From Alphaproteobacteria bacterium (GTDB lineage: Bacteria > Pseudomonadota > Alphaproteobacteria > UBA828): a stretch of 64,000 bases of DNA. The notes below the pieces were generated by a model, which did not search any database, was not told the origin of the DNA, and was given only the letters and a program-made list of their open reading frames with translations. Positions 50,320 through 61,707 of the stretch are shown here, piece after piece. Location: contig CBDCCI010000002.1 in the NCBI GenBank assembly GCA_965214705.1, positions 480,001-544,000 of the forward strand, given 5' to 3'. Each line of letters opens with the position of its first letter. Within the stretch, counting starts at the first letter, position 1. The translations under genes were made by a program, and so were the position numbers.

Positions 50320-50670
50320 TCACTCCGCCGCCAGCGGGCGGCGAACCGGGCGGGCCTTCACCCGGCGCCAGTCCAGACCCTCGAAGAGGGCCTCGAACTG
50401 GCCCTTCGTAAGGCGCATCACACCATCCTCGATCCGAGGCCAGGCGAAGCGGCCCTGCTCCAGACGCTTGTAGGTCATCACCAGACCGCTGCCGTCCCAC
50501 GCAAGGAGCTTGAGCCTGTCGCCGCGGCGCGAGCGGAAGATCACGATCACCCCGGAATAGATATCGAGGTCCAGCTCCCCCGCCGCCGTCGCCGCAAGCG
50601 CGTCGTGGCCGCGACGAAAATCAACCGGCCGCGTCGCCAACACGATGCGAAGCGAGGGGGCCGCGATCAT
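50320..50670 (-). CDS. tnpB: IS66 accessory protein TnpB
   Basis: PVDFRRGHDAL, LKLLAWDGSG...KRLEQGRFAWP. Confidence 0.93.
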   Translation of the reverse strand: MIAAPSLRIVLATRPVDFRRGHDALAATAAGELDLDIYSGVIVIFRSRRGDRLKLLAWDGSGLVMTYKRLEQGRFAWPRIEDGVMRLTKGQFEALFEGLDWRRVKARPVRRPLAAE

Positions 50671-51092
50671 GACGACGCCCGGCCCAGGCCCGAGGCCACC
50701 GCAACAATCCGATCGACCGCGCTCTCCACCGGAAGGCGAACGACCACGCCTAGCGCCTCGATCGCCACCGTCCGCTCGGACGTCACGCTATCAACCACCA
50801 CGGGAACAAATGGCGGTGCAGAGCCACCAATCCGAGCGCCCGGAAGAGTTCCCTCCCGCGCGCGCCGCCGCCACTTGGTCAGGGTCGTATCGCTGACGCC
50901 ATGGCGGCGCGCGACCGCCGCAACCGAAGAGCCCGGCTCAAAGCTCTCCGAGACAATCCGCGCCTTCTCATCGTCCGGCCAGCGTCGCATGGGGGCCGGC
51001 TCAGACGGAGCCGGGGCGGCTCCCTCAGAAGCTGGGATCTCAACCGAAGCAACAGCGACACCGTCGCCAGATGCCAAAATCGAATCTGTCAT
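50667..51092 (-). CDS. tnpA: IS66 accessory protein TnpA
   Basis: RRWPDDEKARIVSESFEPGSSVAAVARRHGV. Confidence 0.88.
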   Translation of the reverse strand: MTDSILASGDGVAVASVEIPASEGAAPAPSEPAPMRRWPDDEKARIVSESFEPGSSVAAVARRHGVSDTTLTKWRRRAREGTLPGARIGGSAPPFVPVVVDSVTSERTVAIEALGVVVRLPVESAVDRIVAVASGLGRASS

Positions 51093-51324
51093 CGCGATCT
51101 CTCCTGTGTGGCTCGTGGTCAAGGCGGAGAGTCAGCCCCGAAATCAGATCCGCTGGAAGTATGGGGGCCCGATACCGCTTACGTTGCACGTTATCCAACG
51201 CCGCCTCGGGCACACCTCCATCCGCTCCACCATGCGCTACCTGCACCTGGCCCACGACAAGACGTCGGCCACACCGTCTCCTCTGGACCTGCTGGAGTTC
51301 CCGCGTCCCGCCCAGGCATGACCG

Positions 51325-52542
51325 GTGGCCTGCCACCCTCCAGCGCCGGCCAAACGGCCGGCGCTGGAGGTTGCGGACATCCTGCGCGAGCGCGGAGATG
51401 CCTACGGTGAGACCCATCGGCTCTCGGCCCAGCAGCAGAGGGTCATCGACGCGCTGGTGAACTGCCGCACCGCCGCGCTCGGAGGATTCAAGGCGGAATG
51501 CGATCACTGCGGGGCGGTGAGGATCCAGTACGCCTCGTGCCGCAACCGTCACTGCCCCAAGTGCCAGACCCTCTCGCAGACCAGATGGGTCGAGCGTCAG
51601 TGCGCCGACCTGCTCGACATCGACTACTGGCATGTCGTCTTCACATTGCCCCACGAACTCAACCCCGTGGCCCAGGGCAACCCCGCGCTCATCTACAGCC
51701 TGCTCTTCAAGGCCGCCTCCCGGACCTTGCTGGAGTTCGGCCGCAATCCCCGCTGGCTCGGCGGCGAACTGGGGATCACCATGGTGCTGCACACCTGGGG
51801 GCAGAACCTGGGACAGCACATCCATGTCCACTGCATCGTCACCGACGGCGGCCTGAGCCCGGACGGACAACGCTGGCTCAGCCCTGCGCGCAAGGGCTTC
51901 CTGTTCCCCACGGCCGCGCTCTCGAAGGTCTTCCGCGGCAAGTATCTCGACTTCCTCGACACCGCGCACCGCGACGGCGAACTGCGGCTGCAGGTCGCCG
52001 GCGGCGGCGACGACAGCCGCGAGTTCGAGTGTCTGAAGACCGCGCTGCGCTCGCACGACTGGGTGGTCTACACCAAGGCCCCGTTCGCCGGCGCCGAGCA
52101 CGTTCTGGCCTACCTCGGGCGCTACACCCACAAGAGCGCCATCGCCAACCACCGCCTCGTCGACTACGACGGCGAGCATGTGCGCTTCCGCTGGCGCGAC
52201 TACGCCGACGGCAACAAGGTCAAGGTGATGCGTCTCGACGCCGACGAGTTCATCCGCCGCTTCCTCCTGCATGTCCTCCCGCGCGGCTTCACCCGCCTGC
52301 GCCACTACGGCTTGCTCGCCAACCGCTGCCGGGCTCGCAAGCTCGCCCTGTGCCGGGACCTGCTCGGCCAGCCCGCCCCCGAACCGCGAGAGCCGGAAAC
52401 GACGCAGGAGATGATGCTGCGACTGACGGGGATCGACATCACCGTGTGCCGGCAGTGCGGCGAGGGAACGCTACGGCAGATCCTCATTCTCGAGCCGCAG
52501 CCCCAAGCAGCGATGCAGGCGACGAAGACCCGACCGCCATGA
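51325..52542 (+). CDS. IS91-family transposase with zinc-binding domain
   Basis: SCRNRHCPKCQ, HVVFTLP, LHTWG..HIHVH, YLGRY. Confidence 0.93.
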   Translation: MACHPPAPAKRPALEVADILRERGDAYGETHRLSAQQQRVIDALVNCRTAALGGFKAECDHCGAVRIQYASCRNRHCPKCQTLSQTRWVERQCADLLDIDYWHVVFTLPHELNPVAQGNPALIYSLLFKAASRTLLEFGRNPRWLGGELGITMVLHTWGQNLGQHIHVHCIVTDGGLSPDGQRWLSPARKGFLFPTAALSKVFRGKYLDFLDTAHRDGELRLQVAGGGDDSREFECLKTALRSHDWVVYTKAPFAGAEHVLAYLGRYTHKSAIANHRLVDYDGEHVRFRWRDYADGNKVKVMRLDADEFIRRFLLHVLPRGFTRLRHYGLLANRCRARKLALCRDLLGQPAPEPREPETTQEMMLRLTGIDITVCRQCGEGTLRQILILEPQPQAAMQATKTRPP

Positions 52543-53379
52543 CGATGCGCCAGAGCCGAACAAGGTCCGATGACAGCCCGCCGGTCACCGCGCTGCGGTC
52601 GCTGCCGAGCACGCTTCGTGCCGTGCAGCGGCGGAACATCGTCGTGAGCTGCTGCACAGACGCGTCGCATTCTGCCGAGTTGAGATTCAGAGTGCCGGCG
52701 CCTCCAGGGAGACCAAAAAGCTGTACCGCTTCGGTCTGATTGACTTCCAAGCAGCGGTTACTTTCCCCATAGCCCGGCACCACGGCCGTGCCGCGCGGCT
52801 CAGCTCAATGCCTTTATCGGTCATGCTGCGCACGACCGATAAAGGCCAATTCATCATGCTCCGCCTCGGCCGGCGCAGCGGTCTCGTTCAATGAGGACAT
52901 ATCGTGTCTCCTTATGAGGATTGGTCAGAACGGCACCGTAGCGCCGGTCTTCGAGTCGCCTCATAGGATCTCTTGGGGTGCGTGACGCCGCGCCGGACAT
53001 GAATGGCCGGGCAAACGCATCGGCTTTGTTCGTGAGGTCCCGCACCTTTTATGAGGCTGTGGAAGTCAAGGAACGAAGCCTCTGTCTACCTCATGTGGAG
53101 CCCTCCCTGGGTTGGCAGTATCTTCGGCCGCTTTCGCCGGGTCGAAACGCTTCTTGCATCGGTCGCGCCTCAAGTACGCATACCCACCTTTTATCCGGGC
53201 GGTTGTCGGCAAGGGTGTGCCGAATCCGTCCCCCCAATCCCGCTTGCTGCGGGCGCAGCGTTCCGGAGGCGGGACCCATCTCTTGCCCGGCGTATTTCAG
53301 CCCGCGAGCAACCCGGCCACACGCCACCCGGCCCAGCGCCTGCCGCGTCCGGCCGGGCTGGAACAGTGCGGTCTCGGTG

Positions 53380-54555
53380 TCAGGCGAGCTTGGCGCCCGT
53401 CGGCACGAGACCGGTCCCGGAGAACCGCCACAGCGCGATGAGTAGCTTGCGGGCGAGCGCCACGATCATCACTCGGCGAATGCGGCCCCGAGCTCCGGCG
53501 GTGCGTTCCTCGAACCACTTGCTGAGCGCGCTGTCGGGTTGATGGCGCAACCAGCGCCACGCCATTTGGATGAGGAGGGCACGGATCCAGGCCGGACCGT
53601 CGCGGCCGATCCCCTGATCGCGTTGCACGTCCCCGCTTGCCCACGGAGCCGGCGTCAACCCGACCCAACTCGCGAGCTCACGGCGGTTGTGGAAGTCGCG
53701 GTAGAAGATCTCGTGCTCAAGCAGCGTCGCGTCGTTCGCGCCGATCCCCTTCAGTTGGGTCAACGTCGCGATCTTGGCCGCCGCCTTCTCCTGGCTTCCC
53801 TCCGGGGCGACCGGCGCCGGGATAGCCTCGCCCTGGCGGGCAACCGCATCTCGCTCCGCCTCGACTTCCGCGATCTGCCGCTGCACGAGCGACAGCCGCT
53901 CCACAAGCCGAAGGATCTCCTGGCGAGCCCGCGGCGGGAACGGCGATCCATATGCGGTCACCGTGTCCGCGAACGTCTCCTCGAACCCTTTGGCGCGGGG
54001 GTCCAGGTCGAAGATGCCGTGCAGCTTCAGCAGCCCCTTGATCGAGTTGGTCAGCGAGGTCCGCTCCTTCACCAGGCGCCGGCGCTCGCGAATCAGCCGC
54101 TTGCGATCCTCCTCCTCGACGCTCGGAACCCGCACACGGCTCAGCACTGCGGCGTCACCCCGGTCATGGGCGAGAAGGGCGCGCACCATCTTCTTCGCAT
54201 CGATCCGATCCGTCTTGCGCTGCTTCGCCTTCCGGTTCACCAACAGGCTCGCCGGATCGAGCACCACCGTCTCGATGGACATCTCCCGCTCCAGCCAGCG
54301 CTCCAGCCAGAAGCCCTCGTAGCCCGCCTCGTAGCAGCACAGGACGCGCACCTCTCGGTCGAGAGCCCGTTCAGCCTTGGCCCGCTGCTTCTCGATCAGA
54401 TCCCTGAGGCCTTCCGTGTCCGCCGGCCCGAGCGAGTGCAGGCCGATCTTTTCGCTGGTCGGGCTCTTGACCCCAACCACCCAGCTCTTCCGGCTGACCT
54501 CAATCGCCACGTACAGCGTGTTGAACTGAGCCGCGTTCCGCGGCGGGGTGTCTTG
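53380..54555 (-). pseudogene. IS110 transposase copy B lacking its native start
   Basis: Matches copy A except ANDA versus ANDV. Confidence 0.85.
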
Positions 54556-54932
54556 CCCGCCGGGTAATCGGAGTGACCTCCCCACAGCAGGCAAGTTGAT
54601 CGGGGCCGTCCGCCTCAGCGCGACGGCGCAGGGTCTCAACCCGTTTCTCTCTCGTTGATCGATGGTCGTCGACCGCCTGGCCCGCAAGCAAGAGCATGGG
54701 CGTGTCTTCGTGACAGATCAGACCAAGAGGGAGACGCCCCATGACGCCGCTTCGTCAGCGCATGATCAACGACATGACCGTTCGCGGCTTCGCCGAGAAC
54801 ACCAGGAAGTCCTACCTCAACTCGGTCTCCAGGCTCGCGGTTCACTACGGCCGCAGCCCCGAGTTGATCTCGGCGGAGGAAGTCCAGGAGTACCTCATCT
54901 TCCTTCACGAAGAGCGGGGGCTGGCCTGGCAG

Positions 54933-57134
54933 CAGGGCGAATTTGTCCAAGCCTGATTTTTGAGTTCTGCGCTACGAGTTGACCTTGGGTCTGGTCAGCG
55001 CGCGCCAACCCTGCTATGGATTGAGGCGACTGGATTCGCGGTGTTCTGCTGCGGATCGGCTTCGAGCAGGGGGACGGTTTCTACGGTGGATCTTTCCGAG
55101 GTCGATGTCGCTGCTGTCCGGCCGGAGGACGAGGCCCGGTTCCGCGCGCTGATGGAGGGGCATCACTACCTGGGTGCGTCTGCGAAGGTGGGGGCGACGG
55201 CGTGGTACGTCGCCCATCGGCGCGGCGAGTGGCTGGCGCTGGCCGTGTTTTCGGCTGCGGCGCGCAAGTGCCGGGCGCGGGACGAGTGGATCGGCTGGGA
55301 CTTCCGCACGCAGCACGGGCGGCTGCATCTGATCGCGAACAACGCGCGCTTCCTGATCCTGCCGGGACGGGGTGTTCCGAACCTCGGCTCGCGGGTGCTG
55401 GGGCTTTGCGCGCGGCGCTTGGCGCGCGACTGGCCGGCCCGCTTCGGCCACCCCGTGCTGATGCTGGAAACATTCGTGGACGCGGCGAGGTTCCGGGGCA
55501 CGGTCTACCGGGCGGCTGGATGGCTGGCGGTCGGCCAGACCCGCGGCTTCCGGCGCCACCGCTCGGGCTATGTCGCCGGCTCGACGCCGAAGCTTGTGCT
55601 GCTGCGCCCCCTGGTTCCCGACGCCTGCCGCCGGCTGTCCGCTGCCGGGCTGGATCGGGAGTTGTGGAAGAAAGGAGTTCCGAGAACCATGATCAGCGCC
55701 GCTCAGCAAGAGTCGCTCTACGCCTACTTCAAGGACATCGACGACCCCCGCACGCGCAAGGGACGGCGGCATTCGCTGCCCAGCGTGCTCGCGCTTGCGA
55801 GTGGCGCGACGCTCTGCGGCATGCGAGGCTGGAAGGCCATGTCCGAGTGGGTCGACGATCTCGGCGAGAAGGCGCTGGCCCGCTTCGGCGTGCGGCTGCG
55901 CGACGGGGTGCGCCGGCCGCCTTCGATGTCGACCATCCGCAATGTGGTGATCCGGGTGGACCCGGACCAGTTGGACGAGGCGTTGCGCAAGTGGCAGGAG
56001 GCCCACGGCTCAGGCGACGCGGCGCTTGCCATCGACGGCAAGACCCTGAGGGGGGCCATCGACGAGGACGGGACCCAGGCTCATGTCATGAGCGCGGTCG
56101 GGCACGAGACCAAGGCCACGCTCGCCCAAAAAAACTTCTCCTGAAAGTCGGGGCCGACGAGGAGACAAAGCGCACCAACGAGATCGGCACCGTGACGGCG
56201 CTGGTGGACCTGATCCCGAACATCGCGGGCAAGACGGTCACGACGGACGCGCTGCTAACCCAGCGCAAGTTCGCCCGCTACCTGCTCGACCGGGGCGCGC
56301 ACTTCATGTTCATCGTGAAAGGGAACCAGAAGACCATGCGGGACGATGTGACGCTGCTCTTCGAAGAGGCGCCGGAGCGTGAGCCTGACTTCGAGGAGGA
56401 GGCCGCGCTGTCGCACGGACGCATCGAGCAGCGGGCAATCTGGACGAGCACGGAGTTGAACGGCTTTCTCGACTTCCCGGGCGTCGGCCAGGTCTTCATG
56501 ATCGAGCGCTCCCGCCAGGACAAGAAGACCGGCGAGACCGGCACCGAGACCGCCTACGGGATCTCCAGCCACACGCCCGGCACGGCCAACGCGCAGAGCC
56601 TGCTCGCCCTCAACCGCGGCCACTGGTGCATCGAGAACAGCTCGCACCACTGCCTCGACTGGACCTGGGACGAGGACCGCAGCCGCATACGCACAGGCTT
56701 CGGCCCCGAGAACATGACCCGCCTGCGGCGCTTCGCCATCGGCCTGATCAAGGGCCGGGGGCTCGAGGTCGCCTCGACCGTGCGCAGGCTCGCCCGCAAC
56801 GTCCGCGCCGTCCTCGACTTCCTGAAAATGACCGGGAACACCCAGCCGAGGACCGCAAAGCGCGCCGCGCCGGCCTGAACCCCGGCGCCCGGCAAGCCGG
56901 GCGCAAAGATCGTACCTGCCTCGCTCCCGACCACGCCGGTGGCGCGATCCATCATGTCGGGGCACCGCCAAATCGCGACGGCACCGCCCGCACCGCCCAC
57001 ACGGTAATGCCAGAACCCTCTGACCGAACCGGATGCTCGGCCAGACCCCGCCGCAAACCCCGCAACAAAGCCGATCCGCACAACCCGTGGCCAGAACTCA
57101 ACTGCCTACCAGCCGCTTGGACAAATTTGCCCTG
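54933..57134 (+). mobile_element. ISAs1-family element
   Basis: IR CAGGGCRAATTTGTCCAAGC; 10-bp TSD GGCCTGGCAG. Confidence 0.93.
55087..56878 (+). CDS. DUF4338-like domain fused to ISAs1 transposase, with -1 frameshift at 56128-56135 (start uncertain)
   Basis: HHYLG, NNARFLILP, ETFVD, GTVYRAAGW; then IDDPR, IDGKTLRG; KGNQ, HGRIEQR, RGHWCIEN in the -1 frame after AAAAAAAC. Confidence 0.8.
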
Positions 57135-57658
57135 GGCCTGGCAGAGCTGCAACAGCGCTCGCCAGGGGATCCGCTTCTTCTATCGCATCACGCTGGGCTT
57201 GCCCGAGCCGCACTTCTATCTGCCCTTCGCCAAGACGCCTTCCACCCTGCCCGTGCTGCTCAACCAAGAGGAACTGGTGCGGCTGTTCAGCGTCACCATC
57301 AACCGCAAGCACCGGGCCTTGCTGATGACGGCCTATGCAGCGGGGCTTCGGGCGAGCGAGCTCGGCCGGTTGCAGGTCGGCGACATCGACTCACAGCGCA
57401 TGTTGCTGCGCATCGACCAGGGCAAGGGCAACAAGGACCGCTACGTCCCGCTTTCGCCCCGGCTGCTGGAGGAGCTGCGCGAGTACTGGCGGCGGGTACG
57501 GCCCGAGCACTGGCTGTTCCCCAGTCGGATTCTCGGCCGGCCGATGACGCGCAGTGGGGCCTCACGCGTTTACAATGGAGCCAAGGACAAGGCCGGGATC
57601 GACAAGCCCGGCGGGATCCACACGCTGCGCCATTGCTACGCCACCGGGCTCCTCGAGG

Positions 57659-57730
57659 AAATACACACACATGTCCGACCTCACAGTGCTCGAGGCCGTC
57701 GATACCGTCGGCGCCGTCCTGGAGGGTTGA
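57659..57730 (+). pseudogene. 3' tip of tyrosine recombinase A, third module
   Basis: KYTHMSDLTVLEAVDTVGAVLEG matches the end of 292-1416. Confidence 0.75.
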
Positions 57731-57733
57731 GAC

Positions 57734-58894
57734 ATGGCCGCGAAGAGGCGGCGTCTGACCGACGCCAACGTCGCGAGGCTGGCGCCGATGGCCCGCGAGC
57801 ACACCGTCTGGGACACGCGCCAGGCGGGTCTCGGCGTGCGGGTTCGGTCGTCGGGGCACCGGAGCTATGTCTATTGCCGGAAGGGCGAGGGCGGCGCGCG
57901 CAGGATCACGCTCGGGTCTGCCGCGTTGATGACGGTGGAGGAGGCGCGCGCCAAGTGCCTCGCCGTCGAGACCGACGCGCGGTCCGGCAGGCCGAGAAGA
58001 GGAGCTGTCCCGACCTTCGCGGAATTCGCCGCAGGTCCGGCGCGGGCGCGTCTCGACAGATGCAAACCATCGACACGAAAGACCGCAACCTGGATCCTGA
58101 GAGCACACTTGCTTCCAGCGTTCGGGGCCTTGCCCCTGGACCGGATCACCCGGGCCGGCGTGACCCGCTGGTTCGACGAGTATAGCCGGTCCGCGCCCGG
58201 CGCGGCCAATCGCGCGCTGAGCCTGCTTCGCCAGATCCTGAACCATGCGGCCGGTTACGGCCATCTCCAGACGAACCCGGCGCGTGGCATCAAGCGCAAC
58301 CCCCGCCCGAAACTCACACGTTTTCTGTCGCGCGAGGAGATCCGCCGCCTTCACCGCGTGCTGGACCGCTACGCCGGCGCGCGGGCCTCACACGCTCGAC
58401 AGGCGGACATCATCCGCTTTCTCCTGCTGACCGGCTGCCGGAAGAGCGAGATCCGGACCCTTCGCTGGCAGGATGTGGACGAGGACACGCTCAACTTGAG
58501 CGACGCCAAGACCGGGCCGAGACGGGTCTTCCTGAACGCGCCGGCCCGCGCCGTCCTGGAACGGCAACCACGATCCGGGTGCGCGTATGTCTTCCCCTCG
58601 CCGTCGAACCCCGGGCGGCCGTTCTCGTGCGATCTGAGGCTCTGGTACTCGGTGCGCGGGGAAGCGGGGATCGAGGACGTGCGCCTGCATGACCTTCGCC
58701 ATACGTTCGCCAGCCACGCCGTGCTACAAGGCATCCCTCTACCGGTCGTCTCCCGGCTGCTTGGCCATAAGTGCCCGAGCATGACGCTGCGCTATGCTCA
58801 CGTCGGCGATAGGGAGACCGAGGCGGCGGCGGAGCGCATAGGTGCAGCAATCGCGCGGGCATTGGCCGGCACGGCCAACTCCACCACCAGTTGA
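57734..58894 (+). CDS. Tyrosine recombinase B, third module
   Basis: TGCRKSE, HDLRHTFAS, LLGH..LRY; homolog of 1420-2565. Confidence 0.92.
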   Translation: MAAKRRRLTDANVARLAPMAREHTVWDTRQAGLGVRVRSSGHRSYVYCRKGEGGARRITLGSAALMTVEEARAKCLAVETDARSGRPRRGAVPTFAEFAAGPARARLDRCKPSTRKTATWILRAHLLPAFGALPLDRITRAGVTRWFDEYSRSAPGAANRALSLLRQILNHAAGYGHLQTNPARGIKRNPRPKLTRFLSREEIRRLHRVLDRYAGARASHARQADIIRFLLLTGCRKSEIRTLRWQDVDEDTLNLSDAKTGPRRVFLNAPARAVLERQPRSGCAYVFPSPSNPGRPFSCDLRLWYSVRGEAGIEDVRLHDLRHTFASHAVLQGIPLPVVSRLLGHKCPSMTLRYAHVGDRETEAAAERIGAAIARALAGTANSTTS

Positions 58895-59019
58895 CCGCGC
58901 GCCTATAGCCGGATTGATGCGCTAAAGTTGGATGACAAACACTTCGGATGAGATTCACCGGCTACATTGGTGAGATTGGGCAAGAGAATCTGTTTCACGG
59001 CAATTCCGCCCTGTGGAGG

Positions 59020-59080
59020 CCCATTGGGCGCGTGGCCGCGAGTACTGGCAGCCCATACCTGCGGATCACGAATTGAGCCA
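59020..59080. repeat. MITE-T end
   Basis: Reverse-complement homolog of 30169-30230. Confidence 0.7.
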
Positions 59081-59247
59081 AAGGCTTATCCCTTTGGTTC
59101 CGGCTTCCCAAGATGCTGTACCGGCCGCGTCGGCAAAATCATTCGTCATGGTCCCGGTTCTTTCCCTGTTTCAAGGATTTACCCGCCGAATGGCGGGTGA
59201 CCCGGTGCCCCACATATTGAGAAGCCGTGCTCAACGGGATAAGCCTT
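59081..59247. mobile_element. MITE-A, 167 bp
   Basis: IR AAGGCTTATCCC; 8-bp TSD TTGAGCCA. Confidence 0.88.
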
Positions 59248-59287
59248 TTGAGCCATTCTGAAAGCCAATTGACACCCTCAGCCGCGG

Positions 59288-60345
59288 TTAAGAATTGTTC
59301 CCGCGTCCGCCCGGCAGTTTCAAGCTGGCAAATGGCGCCCGTAAGATCGCGGCCAACCGTTCCTGAACCCTCTGAGCTAGCAATAGTTCCAAAGAATAGA
59401 AAAGACAGACGAGCCCGAACAGATACTCCTGCACCTCGATTATGTCCTCGTTTCGGAACATCTCAACATTCTTGTGGATATACGACGAAGCAAAAACGAG
59501 GGTCGCGGTTGCAGCGGCGACAATGAACAACTTGGTTTGCCTTGAAAACAAAGCATAGATGACAAAAAGAAGAAGAAATCCATTCCCACGATATGTAATG
59601 TAAATTGGGTCAAAAAAGAAAGCTATATTTCCACGATCACTGTATTGCCCATAATGGGATAACACCAGCAGGAAACCGAACATCACGGGTATCGACGGTA
59701 GCGGAATTCCGAGGACAGTGTCTTTCCGACAAAAGAAGGCGGCGCAGGTTACGGCGCACAACAACAGCATTCCGATCCAAACGAAACGTTTAACGTCAAA
59801 GGCTTATCCCTCTGGCTCCGGTTCCCCAACATATTGTACCGGCCACCTCGGCGGCGGTATCCGACACGGTCGCAGTTCCTTCCGTGTCTCAATGGGTTGC
59901 CCGTAAAGTGCCCAACGATCCGGCACCCCACATATGGAGAAGCCGGATGTAAGGGGATAAGCCTTTAACGTCAATACCCAGAAAGATTATATTATGAACG
60001 TTGAATTTGTCCTTGTAATTCAACCCGCTCAAGACTTCAGGTGTGGCAAATCCGAATAGACGCTGCGCCCAACTGATTTCCTCTCCCGCGCCGATAATTA
60101 GTGCAATACCGCCGAGAATATAGACGCAGCGCTGGAACGAACGTTGCTCCGCCGAAGCCGTAACGAACAGCAAGAGACCAGTCAAGAGAAGCAAAACCGC
60201 CGTGAGGTACTCCACCCAAAAGTCCTCTCGAGTCAATGCATTGTAGCCTGACGGGTCGATAACGGCGAGACAGTCGAAGAAAATTACGTTGAGGCACACG
60301 CAGAGGTAACCGAAGACGGCTATTCTGCTGCCGAGGCCGTTTCGC
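59288..60345 (-). pseudogene. Multi-pass membrane protein interrupted by MITE-A and 5'-truncated
   Basis: TREDFWVEYLT, GEEISWAQR, NVHN; GIDVK continues as RFVWIGMLL across the MITE. Confidence 0.7.
59799..59965. mobile_element. MITE-A, 167 bp
   Basis: IR AAGGCTTATCCC; 8-bp TSD TAACGTCA. Confidence 0.9.
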
Positions 60346-60355
60346 GGGGGGGGGG

Positions 60356-61707
60356 CATAAGCGCTAACTTGTTTGTCATGTCGGCGATCCGTATCGTGGG
60401 TTGGTGCGCGATGCGGGGAGGCTTGACGGATGGTTGAGGACTGGAACGTGGTGTTGTCGTTTCTGCCCGAGGACTGGCGGGAGTTGGCGCAGGAGACCGG
60501 GGCCTTGAAGGGTCTGCGCAAGGACAAGTCGGTCGACGCTCTGCTGCGCACGCTGTTGCTGCATCTGGCCTGCGGACACTCGCTGCGCGAGACCGTGGTG
60601 CGGGCCAGGAAGGCGAACCTGGCCGATTTGTCCGACGTGGCCTTGTTGAAGCGTCTGAGGAAGTCGGGGGGCTGGCTGCACGCGTTGTGCGTCGCGCTGT
60701 TTCGCGAACAGGGGATCGCGATGTCGGCCGATGGTGGGTTCCAGGTCAGGGCGTTCGACGCGACGACGGTGAAGGAGCCGGGCAGGACCGGGGCGCTGTG
60801 GCGCCTGCACTAGAGCGTGCGTCTTCCATCGCTGGCGTGCGACTTCTTCAAGCTCACGCCGACCGAGGGATGGGGCACGGGCGAGGCGTTCGCGCAGTTT
60901 CCGATCGGCGACGGCGACTTCGTGCTCGCCGACCGGGCCTACTCGACCGCTGCGGGCCTCCGCCATGTGGTGTCCGCGGGCGGTCATGTCACCGTGCGCG
61001 TGAACACCGGGTCGCTGCCGCTTCGAACCCGCGACGGCGCGCCGTTCGACCTGCTTGCGCACGTCACGGCGCTGAAGCGGGTCGGCAGCGTGCGATCCTG
61101 GCCCGTGCTGGCGGTCGGGGACGGCATCGCGGTGCCGGGGCGCGTGTGCGCGATCAGAAAGACGCAGGAAGCCATCAAGCTCGCGCAGCGCAAGCTGCGC
61201 AAGGAGGCCGCGCGAAAAGGCAAACAGGTTCAGCCGCGAACCCTGGAGTTCGCGCGCTACGTCATCGTGTTCACGACCTTTCCCGAAGCGGCCTTCAGCG
61301 CGGCGCAGGTCCTGGAGTGGTATCGCACCCGCTGGCAAGTCGAACTGGTCTTCAAGCGCTTCAAGTCTCTGGCGCAGTTGGGGCATCTGCCCAAATACGA
61401 CGACGAGAGCGCCAAGGCGTGGCTCTACGGCAAACTTCTGGTGGCGCTGCTGGTGGAAAAGCTGATCCGTCATGCCAGCGCGGCTTCCCCCTGGGGATAC
61501 AGCCTGGAGGCGCTGCCGGCCGCACAGCGCCTGGCGTGACTTCAGGTTCATGCTCAACCAGGTCGTGCGAGCCATCGAACCCCATCTGCCCCTCGTCCGG
61601 GTGATCGAATGGAACCAGATCTCCAAGGCTCTCTCCGAACCACCCCGACGGCGCCTGCCCCAGATCGCGAAACGCTTCATCGACGCCCAAACAAGTTAGC
61701 GCTTATG
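60356..61707 (+). mobile_element. IS186/IS421-like IS4-family element
   Basis: IR CATAAGCGCTAACTT; flanked by G10 and C15 tracts. Confidence 0.85.
60430..61539 (+). pseudogene. IS4 transposase with in-frame TAG at 60811-60813
   Basis: FDATTV, LADRAY, YRTRWQVELVFKRFKS in one frame. Confidence 0.85.

Larger units (their letters stand above)
48431..51182 (-). mobile_element. IS66-family element
   Basis: IR GTAAGCGGTA; 8-bp TSD GTTGCACG. Confidence 0.95.
47707..51321 (+). pseudogene. XerD-like tyrosine recombinase interrupted by IS66
   Basis: AGLRASE, HTLRHCYAT then LGHTSIRSTMRY after the IS66. Confidence 0.88.
47522..52891 (+). mobile_element. IS91-like integrase plus Y2 transposase element (ends within a few nt)
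   Basis: Begins after CTTG; ends GTTCAA after a hairpin at 52810-52846. Confidence 0.72.
46014..52971 (-). mobile_element. IS110 (IS1111-type) copy A containing a nested IS91-like element
   Basis: IR ATGAGGC at 46017 and GCCTCAT at 52958-52964; start (AAGGAG..ATG 52900, MSS) rejoins QDTPPRN at 47521. Confidence 0.75.
53045..57658. repeat. Second copy of the IS110/IS91-like integrase composite (46011-48412) with an ISAs1 insertion
   Basis: Near-identical at offset 7034, and 9246 after the ISAs1. Confidence 0.92.
54741..57658 (+). pseudogene. XerD-like recombinase copy B, interrupted by ISAs1 and 3'-truncated
   Basis: Same sequence as 47707-48412. Confidence 0.88.
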
